Source: Pyrodictium delaneyi
GTDB lineage: Archaea > Thermoproteota > Thermoprotei_A > Sulfolobales > Pyrodictiaceae
Assembly: GCF_001412615.1 (NCBI RefSeq)
Contig: NZ_CP013011.1
Coordinates: 90,001 to 122,000, forward strand
DNA: 32,000 bases
Direction of reading: 5' to 3'
The notes beneath the pieces are model-generated. The model was not told the DNA's origin and searched no databases. It worked only from the letters and a program-made list of their open reading frames with translations. Made by a program: the position numbers and the translations under genes. Positions 26,105 to 32,000 of the stretch are shown one piece after another. How positions within the stretch are numbered: the stretch's first letter is position 1; every line of letters begins with the position of its first letter.

Positions 26105-26208
26105 TGGACGGCTTCGGCACGGCTCTTCGTCAGCATCCCGCAGCCCCGGGCTCAGTGTGGGGCTGCGGTATCGTCGTCGCAGGCGCACCACACCGCCGTC
26201 CAGTAACA
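26105..26208 (+). other. candidate structured RNA (hairpin-element copy C inside a longer helix)
   Basis: An outer 8-bp helix TGGACGGC (26105-26112) pairs with GCCGTCCA (26195-26202). An inner 10-bp helix CCGCAGCCCC (26138-26147) pairs with GGGGCTGCGG (26159-26168). ACA lies at 26206-26208 and a T5 run at about 26230. The region is GC-rich inside a lower-GC segment. Confidence 0.3.
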
Positions 26209-26277
26209 AATAGGGTAGGATAGCTCTATTTTTATGCCTTTAAGGAGACCCTTGCAGCACTCTCGGGGCTACAAGCC

Positions 26278-26775
26278 GTGAATGAGAATATCAAGTCTGC
26301 TGACTATACTGTTAAGAGGATGCTAGCGCTATCGGCTCCCCGTGCGACTATAGCTCTTGGTGGGATCTTCTCGGCTTTCTCAACAGTGTTGCCTGTAGCA
26401 TTACTCAATGTTGGGATGAATCCTGTTCTCGTGGAGAAAGCGTTTATGGTTGCGTACATAATAGCGCTCCCTATATTAGTTTCTGCTGTATATAGGATAT
26501 ACAGGCTAGCCGGTGTTGTCGCAGAGTTATGCAGATTACCGCGTCCTGACGCGACGAGCTTCATTATAGGTGTGTTCCCGCTAGGCTATGTTGTGCCCTT
26601 GTACTATGTGCTTCAGATGTTCTCACGATGTGAAAGAATGCGAGGCAAGATAAATGTTACTCCTATGGATATAGTGCTCAACATGATAACTTTTGGACTT
26701 CATTCAGCAATGTACGCCATGATGTTCAATAAGATCTACGATATAGTGTTGGAGAGTCTAGGCGAGCCGTACTAG
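26278..26775 (+). CDS. small integral membrane protein (about 4 predicted TM helices), hypothetical
   Basis: 165-aa ORF with a GTG start. Hydrophobic segments are IALGGIFSAFSTVLPVALLNV, AFMVAYIIALPILVSAVY, SFIIGVFPLGYVVPLYYVL and IVLNMITFGLHSAMYAMMF. Confidence 0.6.
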   Translation: MNENIKSADYTVKRMLALSAPRATIALGGIFSAFSTVLPVALLNVGMNPVLVEKAFMVAYIIALPILVSAVYRIYRLAGVVAELCRLPRPDATSFIIGVFPLGYVVPLYYVLQMFSRCERMRGKINVTPMDIVLNMITFGLHSAMYAMMFNKIYDIVLESLGEPY

Positions 26776-27524
26776 TTCTTGCAAAGCTCCCTAAAGGGGC
26801 AGCTAGAACACCAGGGTCCTTGCCTTGCAGTCGACGCTCTGTTTCCTTTCCAGTAGGCGAGGAGATTAGACACGGTCTCCAGTTCGACATGTACGTCATG
26901 AGCTAACACGTGTATAGCGGCGCCGTCACCCCGAAACGGTCTAGCAGAGCCGGGGTCTAGGGACGACAACGCATCTATCAACTTCTTATTGTCCTTGGCG
27001 GCTACTAGTACGAGTCTTGTCCGGCTAGTCAGAGGAAACCCTGCATAAGCCAGCGTCAAAGCGTAAGCATAGAGCTTAACCCTATCGGAGTCATAGAGTT
27101 TTGAGGGACGCATAGTAATCTTTCCAAGAACAATAGCAGCTACATGTCCGTCCTCAAAGTATACGGCATGAGGTCTGCCGATTATAGGCACACCCTCAAC
27201 TACGGCGGCAACTGGGAATGAAAGCGTAAACCTATCCAGCTGCCGGGGTAGGTGGCGCCGCGCCTCGAGAAGTACCTCTACCAGTTTGCGTGCCTCGCTA
27301 ACCCTCTTGGCCTTCTCATCTTCGCTTTCATTCAACAAGCTATACTCTAGCTTCTTCTCGCAAAATACTTGACTCGCTAGAAGACTTGGTGTTACATATG
27401 GTAGGCCGAAGCGTAGACAACAATACTCGCCGCGGGACACAGCCTCTAGGAGGATTCTTGCACGCTCTATGGCCTCTTCAAGCCCCAGAGACTCCATGGA
27501 TATCATGTCCCCTAGTGTCTCCAC
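26772..27524 (-). CDS. stand-alone Cas4/DUF83-fold protein with an intact 4-Cys cluster motif but substituted nuclease residues
   Basis: 250-aa ORF with a GTG start. The N-terminal Cys lies in YVTPSLLASQVFCEKKLEY and the C-terminal motif is CSSCPFRELC (CX2CX5C). RecB-motif positions read GRPH (expected GxxD), IVLGK (expected ExK) and KLYAY (expected QxxxY). Confidence 0.65.
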   Translation of the reverse strand: METLGDMISMESLGLEEAIERARILLEAVSRGEYCCLRFGLPYVTPSLLASQVFCEKKLEYSLLNESEDEKAKRVSEARKLVEVLLEARRHLPRQLDRFTLSFPVAAVVEGVPIIGRPHAVYFEDGHVAAIVLGKITMRPSKLYDSDRVKLYAYALTLAYAGFPLTSRTRLVLVAAKDNKKLIDALSSLDPGSARPFRGDGAAIHVLAHDVHVELETVSNLLAYWKGNRASTARQGPWCSSCPFRELCKN

Positions 27525-27552
27525 CTAGTAGCTTGCCAGCTGACGGGCTAGA

Positions 27553-28860
27553 GTGGTATCACGTGTTAACCCCTCCTTTGCTGATCTTTGGCTGCACTTC
27601 GCGGGTAAGTGTTTAAGTTTTGCTGAGACGGTGGGGAAACCGGGTGTCTGCATAGTGGACTACTCTAAATTCTTCTCGGAATATGTGCGCTCGATAAAGG
27701 CCTCGGATATACGTGAACTCTTGAAGATAGTTGAGAAAGGGAACGTGATAAGCCTAGCAGGCGGGCTCCCGGATCCCCGTAGCTTCCCTAAGGACGAGAT
27801 AGCAAAGATAGCAAGAGAGGTTATAGAGAGGTTTGGCGAGAAAGCCCTCCAATACAGCCCGACACGCGGTGTCTCCTACTTTCTAGAAGCGGTTAAGAAC
27901 TTCTCAATAAGGCATGGTGTGGCAGTGAATGAGGGAGATGGTATAATAACAACCGTTGGTAGCCAGCAAGCCCTCTACCTTCTAGGCCGCGCCTTCCTCG
28001 ACCCTGGAGACTATGTGGTCACGGAGGAGCCTACATACCTTGGAGCACTCCAGGCTTTCCGGGGAATAGGGGTACGTTACCTAACGGTTCCAATAGACGA
28101 GGACGGTATGCGTACTGATAAACTCGAAGAAGTGCTCAAAAAGGCGAAAAGTGAAGGGCTAAGACTCAAGATGATATACACTGTGCCGACATGCCATAAC
28201 CCAGCTGGTACTACGCTCCCAATGGATAGACGGAGACACTTGCTAGAACTAGCTGAGGAATACGACCTAATCGTAGTCGAGGACGACCCCTACAGCTTCA
28301 TAGCATTCGAGGAACGGGACGTGAAGCCGCTAAAGACCCTCGACCGTAGTGGTAGGGTTATCTATCTCAGTACTGTGAGCAAGATACTGGCCCCTGGGCT
28401 CCGGCTTGGCTGGGCTATAGGCCCAGACCCCCTCATATCCCGAATGGAGCTTGTGAAACAAGAGATAGACCTACACACGTCTACGCTAAGCCAGTACATA
28501 GCAGCAGAGGCCATGAACCGTGGCGTTATAGACAGACATATACCGTTTATAAAGAGGCTTTATCGTGAGAAGCGCGACGCGATGCTAGCAGCACTTGAAG
28601 AATATATGCCAGAAGGTATCAAGTGGACGAAGCCGATAGGCGGCCTCTTCGTCTGGGTGTGGCTCCCCGAGGGTGTGAATAGCCGAAAGCTGCTAGAGAA
28701 GGCTATAGAAAAGGGAGTAGTATTCGTGCCTGGTGACTCGTTCTACCCTAGCGGTGGTGGAGAGAACACAATGAGGCTCAACTTTAGCTACCCGAGCCCG
28801 GAGGAGATACGTGAAGGTGTAAGACGGATAGCAGAAGCAATAAGAGAATACCAGGGCTAA
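27553..28860 (+). CDS. PLP-dependent aminotransferase, class I/II (LysN/aromatic/kynurenine aminotransferase-like)
   Basis: DYSKFFSEY...ASDIREL, ISLAGGLPDP, the PLP-lysine block STVSKILAPGLRLGW and NTMRLNFS are present. The more likely start is the in-frame GTG at 27655, giving (M)DYSKFFS. Confidence 0.85.
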   Translation: MVSRVNPSFADLWLHFAGKCLSFAETVGKPGVCIVDYSKFFSEYVRSIKASDIRELLKIVEKGNVISLAGGLPDPRSFPKDEIAKIAREVIERFGEKALQYSPTRGVSYFLEAVKNFSIRHGVAVNEGDGIITTVGSQQALYLLGRAFLDPGDYVVTEEPTYLGALQAFRGIGVRYLTVPIDEDGMRTDKLEEVLKKAKSEGLRLKMIYTVPTCHNPAGTTLPMDRRRHLLELAEEYDLIVVEDDPYSFIAFEERDVKPLKTLDRSGRVIYLSTVSKILAPGLRLGWAIGPDPLISRMELVKQEIDLHTSTLSQYIAAEAMNRGVIDRHIPFIKRLYREKRDAMLAALEEYMPEGIKWTKPIGGLFVWVWLPEGVNSRKLLEKAIEKGVVFVPGDSFYPSGGGENTMRLNFSYPSPEEIREGVRRIAEAIREYQG

Positions 28861-29735
28861 AGCCGGAAAACATAGCCTAGGATCGGTCCTCCGATCCCCG
28901 GAGGAGGCGATAAGCCCTCGACTACGGCGATGTTTTCCTCCACAACTTGACGCAGTCTTTCTAAGAGCTTGCGTGCACAGCCAGCCTCCCCTCCCATCGG
29001 TATAAACGTCTCTAGCGACCAACACTTCCTACAAGCCGGCCAGCCGTAGAAGGCATAGACCGGATGTAGTACTACCATGGAGGGCCTAGACGCTGATAGC
29101 GCTTGCTCTACCTTGTGGACGTTGAGAGACGCGGCTACTATGGCATCGTAACGTCTATTGTCAACTCTATCAACGGTTTCGAGGCCAAGTCTCCTAGCTA
29201 GCCGCTGGGTGTCCGGGCTACTAGTGTGCACAACAACGTTGTAGCCGTTGTCGGCGAGGATGATAGATGTAAATAAACCAAAGCTGCCACAGCCTATGAC
29301 TAGCACGTGGTCTGCATAGTCTAGCCTTCTTGCGGTGCTGCAAGCTAGGGAAGCGTCTAGAAGGAAGGTAGAGACCGGATCTATCTCATCAATCTCTGCT
29401 ATGTGTGTTGTGGGCACTGCTACGTAGCGTGATAGAAATCCATCTCCCTGGAGAGGCGGGGCATAGTCCTCGTCAATGCGTATGAGTGCAGCTCTTCGAC
29501 CCGCTAGAGACGTATCGGCATCTACGCCTAGCTCTAGCACTGTACCAGTGCCCGAACAGCCCATCACGGTGCCGCTTTCGATTGGCAGAAGGCCAGCGGT
29601 CACGGCATCGTCAATAGGACACCAGCGAGCATAGTCTACTCGTAGGAGTACCCAGCCTTGTGGAACTAGTGGTGGAAAACGTGGCTCGCTTACCGGCTCT
29701 CCACGCCAAATGATGGCAGTGTGCTCGGAGGCCAA
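28857..29735 (-). CDS. MDR-superfamily (zinc-type alcohol dehydrogenase-like) oxidoreductase, short divergent form
   Basis: 292-aa ORF with a TTG start. A GroES-like N-terminal region is followed by the Rossmann motif VLVIGCGSFGLFTSIILADNGYNVVV. GHE is replaced by GCS and the structural-zinc lobe is absent. Confidence 0.5.
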   Translation of the reverse strand: MASEHTAIIWRGEPVSEPRFPPLVPQGWVLLRVDYARWCPIDDAVTAGLLPIESGTVMGCSGTGTVLELGVDADTSLAGRRAALIRIDEDYAPPLQGDGFLSRYVAVPTTHIAEIDEIDPVSTFLLDASLACSTARRLDYADHVLVIGCGSFGLFTSIILADNGYNVVVHTSSPDTQRLARRLGLETVDRVDNRRYDAIVAASLNVHKVEQALSASRPSMVVLHPVYAFYGWPACRKCWSLETFIPMGGEAGCARKLLERLRQVVEENIAVVEGLSPPPGIGGPILGYVFRL

Positions 29736-29760
29736 GAACTGTTTACACCCGTCGCGGCTC

Positions 29761-31254
29761 CTACTGGGGTTCTATTGTTGCTGGAGGCTTAGTAGTGACT
29801 GCATAGGCTACCATTGTTACGCCGGGTACTTCTGCCGTTATGCGCCTAGATATACGGTCTAGCACTTCGTATGGTACGCGTGTCCAGTCAGCTGTCATAC
29901 CGTCGTCGCTCTCCACGATCCTTACGATCACTATGTGGCCCTCCTCTCTACGGTCACCCTTCACACCAACCCAGCGATCGTCACCGACCACGGCGAATGC
30001 TTGCCAGACTCGCTCATAGAGTCCAGCTCGTCTAAGCTCATCCTCGACTATACGTGAAGCCTTGCGGACGATCTCTAACTTCTCTCGAGTAACTTCGCCG
30101 ATAATTCTCACAGCTAGGCCGGGCCCGGGGAAAGGATGCCGGAACGCAAGCTCATGTGGCAATCCGAGGGCTAGTGCTAGCCTTCTCACTTCGTCCTTGT
30201 AGAATTCTCGAAGAGGCTCGATAACTTCTAGGCCTAGCCAGCTAGGCAGCCCGCCTACGTTATGGTGGCTCTTAATGCGGTCGGCTCCGGGTGCGGCACC
30301 CGACTCTATCACGTCGGGGTAAAGGGTGCCCTGGGCCAGGTATCTTATATCAGGGTTCTCCTTGACTATTCTCTGGAATATCCTAGCAAACATCTCGCCG
30401 ATACGCTTTCTCTTCTCTTCGGGGTCGCTGACGCCCCTAACAGCCTCGAAGAACTCTTCCCGTGCGTCTATGACTAGTGGCTCTATTCCAGCAGACTTCA
30501 GTATCCTGACGGTCTCTTCGACTTCGCCCTCCCGGAAGAATCCGTGATCCACTAGCACAGCTAGGAGGCGGTCTCCTACAGCACGCTGGAGTAGTACAGC
30601 TGTGACTGTTGAGTCTACTCCGCCACTGACAGCGACTAGAACCCTTCCTTCCTTCACGCGTTCGCGTAGCTCAGAGACGAGGGAGTCTATGAGATTCTCT
30701 GGTCTCCACCACGGCTCGGCTCCTGCTAGCCTAGCGAAGTTGGATAGGAGCTGGCGCCCCTTCGGAGTATGGGATACCTCTGGGTGGAACTGTACGCCGT
30801 AGACCACTGTATCGCCGTGCTGCTTCCGGAAGGCTGCCACGTAGCCGTTCTCGCTGACCGCCAAAAGACGGGCGCCGGGTGGCACCTCGCGGACACAGTC
30901 GCCATGGCTCATCCACGTCTGCTCCTCTGCCTCCCAGCCCTCGAAGAGAGGGTCGCTGGGATCCAGCACCCGTACCATTGTGCGCCCGTACTCTCTGCAA
31001 CCCCGGTCTACTCTGCCTCCGAGCATCTCGGCGAGGAGGTGAAAACCATAACATATACCAAGTACCGGCTTGCCAATCTCCAGTATCCATCCGGGGATGC
31101 GAGGAGCACCAGGAGCGTAGACGCTCGGAGGTCCACCTGAGAGGATTATCGCCTTGACACTTGGGTCCTCCAGCTGCTCCCGTTTAAGCATGTTGTATGG
31201 GACTATCTCGGCATAGAAGCCTTGCTCTCGTAGCCGCCGCGCTATGAGATGCAT
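29761..31254 (-). CDS. guaA: GMP synthase (glutamine-hydrolysing), fused GATase + ATP-pyrophosphatase
   Basis: The GATase triad context is GICYGFHLL and VQFHPE. The P-loop is VAVSGGVDSTV. GTLYPDVIES, KSHHNVGGLP and KPPATIE are also present. Coordinates run to the first ATG. Seventeen further in-frame codons (to 31305) encode the conserved N-terminal strand KIVVVGFGGQY, so the real start is probably upstream and non-canonical. Confidence 0.9.
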   Translation of the reverse strand: MHLIARRLREQGFYAEIVPYNMLKREQLEDPSVKAIILSGGPPSVYAPGAPRIPGWILEIGKPVLGICYGFHLLAEMLGGRVDRGCREYGRTMVRVLDPSDPLFEGWEAEEQTWMSHGDCVREVPPGARLLAVSENGYVAAFRKQHGDTVVYGVQFHPEVSHTPKGRQLLSNFARLAGAEPWWRPENLIDSLVSELRERVKEGRVLVAVSGGVDSTVTAVLLQRAVGDRLLAVLVDHGFFREGEVEETVRILKSAGIEPLVIDAREEFFEAVRGVSDPEEKRKRIGEMFARIFQRIVKENPDIRYLAQGTLYPDVIESGAAPGADRIKSHHNVGGLPSWLGLEVIEPLREFYKDEVRRLALALGLPHELAFRHPFPGPGLAVRIIGEVTREKLEIVRKASRIVEDELRRAGLYERVWQAFAVVGDDRWVGVKGDRREEGHIVIVRIVESDDGMTADWTRVPYEVLDRISRRITAEVPGVTMVAYAVTTKPPATIEPQ

Positions 31255-31343
31255 GTACTGGCCTCCAAAGCCTACTACTACTATCTTATCCCTCTTCTGC
31301 AGGGCCTATACCCCCGTGCTGCCCTGGCCCTGCCCGCCGGGGG

Positions 31344-31350
31344 ATTATTA
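31344..31350. promoter_or_regulatory. single AT-rich TATA-like box centred in the guaA/guaB divergent spacer
   Basis: ATTATTA is the only AT-rich block in an otherwise GC-rich spacer (CGCCGGGGG-ATTATTA-GTCCGGC). It lies 41 nt from the guaB TTG (31391) and 42 nt from the first possible guaA codon CTG (31302). Confidence 0.3.
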
Positions 31351-31390
31351 GTCCGGCTCTCACGCAGCCCGGCACACGGGTTACAGGATA

Positions 31391-32000
31391 TTGGCGCAGG
31401 ATACAAGACTCGTTGAAGCCCTCAGCTTCGATGACGTAGTCCTCGTGCCAGCTCTCAGCCCTGTCGAGCCGTGGCAAGTAGACATAACAAGTAAAGCATC
31501 ACGCAACGTTGCGGTCAATGTGCCGCTCCTCTCGGCTCCTATGGATACTGTTAGCGAGTGGAGGCTAGCAGTCGTCCTTGCCCTTCTGGGTGGAATAGGG
31601 GTTATACACAGGAACATGTCGGTCGAGGAACAGCGCCGCCACGTGGAGAAGGTGAAGAACCATCCAATAGTGGAGTTAGCGGATATAGCTGTATACGAGG
31701 GCGAGGAGTGCTGCCGCGTGAGAGAAACCATGAGAACGCTGGGCGTGCGCCAGCTGCCAGTAGTTGATGCAGCTGAGACCGTCAAAGGGTATGTGGAGTT
31801 CGCGGAGCTCGAGACGTGTAGCTGTGGCACGCCGGTAGCTAAGCTGACAAAGCCTGGCCCAGTCTTCGAGCTGGGCGAGGAGCGTAAAGCGATAGACTTT
31901 GTGAAGCGTGGGAAACTGGACGCGGCGGCTGTAACGCTCAAGAGCAGGTTCCTTGGCGCGGTAACAGTTCACGAGGCTCTAGCGGTCTATAGCCCTGCGC
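31391..32000 (+). CDS. guaB: IMP dehydrogenase, N-terminal part (runs off the right edge)
   Basis: Not in the ORF track. Hand translation from TTG 31391 (in-frame stop TAG at 31349-31351) gives (M)AQDTRLVEALSFDDVVLVPALSPVEPWQVDITSKASRNVAVNVPLLSAPMDTVSEWRLAVVLALLGGIGVIHRNMSVEEQRRHVEKVK, followed by CBS-domain sequence, and stays open to 32000. Confidence 0.85.
   Translation, partial: MAQDTRLVEALSFDDVVLVPALSPVEPWQVDITSKASRNVAVNVPLLSAPMDTVSEWRLAVVLALLGGIGVIHRNMSVEEQRRHVEKVKNHPIVELADIAVYEGEECCRVRETMRTLGVRQLPVVDAAETVKGYVEFAELETCSCGTPVAKLTKPGPVFELGEERKAIDFVKRGKLDAAAVTLKSRFLGAVTVHEALAVYSPA

Noticed and set aside
26105-26208. Calling copy C an H/ACA guide RNA
   Set aside because: The stem/loop/stem/ACA outline fits only loosely. 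The internal loop strands (~25 nt each) are far larger than known pseudouridylation pockets. ACA is 3 nt away from the helix. I see no K-turn or K-loop. I report it only as an unclassified structured element.
30262-31157. Several ORFs on both strands within guaA (66-123 aa)
   Set aside because: They are antisense or out-of-frame shadows of the GMP synthase gene, rich in Arg/Pro/Ser.
31286-31972. Minus-strand ORFs 31286-31477, 31381-31941 and 31676-31972, and plus ORF 31558-31767
   Set aside because: The plus-strand frame starting at TTG 31391 encodes canonical IMP dehydrogenase blocks (SAPMDTVSE, GGIGVIHRNMS). These ORFs are shadows of it.
1-32000. CRISPR arrays, tRNA/rRNA genes, IS elements, integrases, inteins
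   Set aside because: I found no regularly spaced direct repeats and no T-loop/acceptor-stem patterns in any spacer. There are no transposase- or integrase-like ORFs. The sizes of aIF5B, lig and the other large proteins leave no room for inteins.

Overview
This is a densely coding stretch (roughly 90%) of an archaeal chromosome. Gene content and order suggest a hyperthermophilic crenarchaeon, Thermoprotei/Desulfurococcales-like; this is inference only. I support 35 protein genes. Two are absent from the supplied ORF track because they use TTG starts and run off the window edges: a DUF429-like gene at 1-408(-) and guaB at 31391-32000(+). I found no rRNA, tRNA, CRISPR array, IS element or integrase.

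Positions 4.4-17 kb hold the conserved archaeal information-processing supercluster: aIF5B, S6e, aIF2-gamma, Fcf1-like PIN, Rpo7/RpoE', Spt4, DUF359 dephospho-CoA kinase, S24e, S27ae, Kae1, Bud32, ITPase, S15, a degenerate RecJ/Cdc45-like protein, Pcc1 and S3Ae. Flanking genes are a DHH phosphoesterase, AGOG glycosylase, an M28 peptidase and a THUMP-SPOUT fusion.

A visibly lower-GC segment at about 19.9-26.8 kb carries orphan genes, DNA ligase, a CPA2-CBS antiporter, a single-domain KaiC-like ATPase and a small membrane protein. A stand-alone Cas4-fold protein lies just beyond its right edge, at 26772-27524. An aminotransferase, an MDR-like oxidoreductase and divergent guaA/guaB follow.

I cannot point to a clear-cut new multi-gene system. 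The observations most worth follow-up are:
- A small family of GC-rich hairpin elements in intergenic spacers (1548, 13684, 26138), plus a structured rps6e leader at 6379.
- A Cas4-fold protein that keeps its 4-Cys cluster but has its catalytic D/E/Q residues replaced, sitting in a KaiC-like ATPase neighbourhood.
- guaA, whose conserved N-terminal strand lies upstream of the first canonical start codon, opposite guaB across a single central TATA-like box.
- Three convergent gene pairs whose stop codons overlap in CTAG/CTAA.
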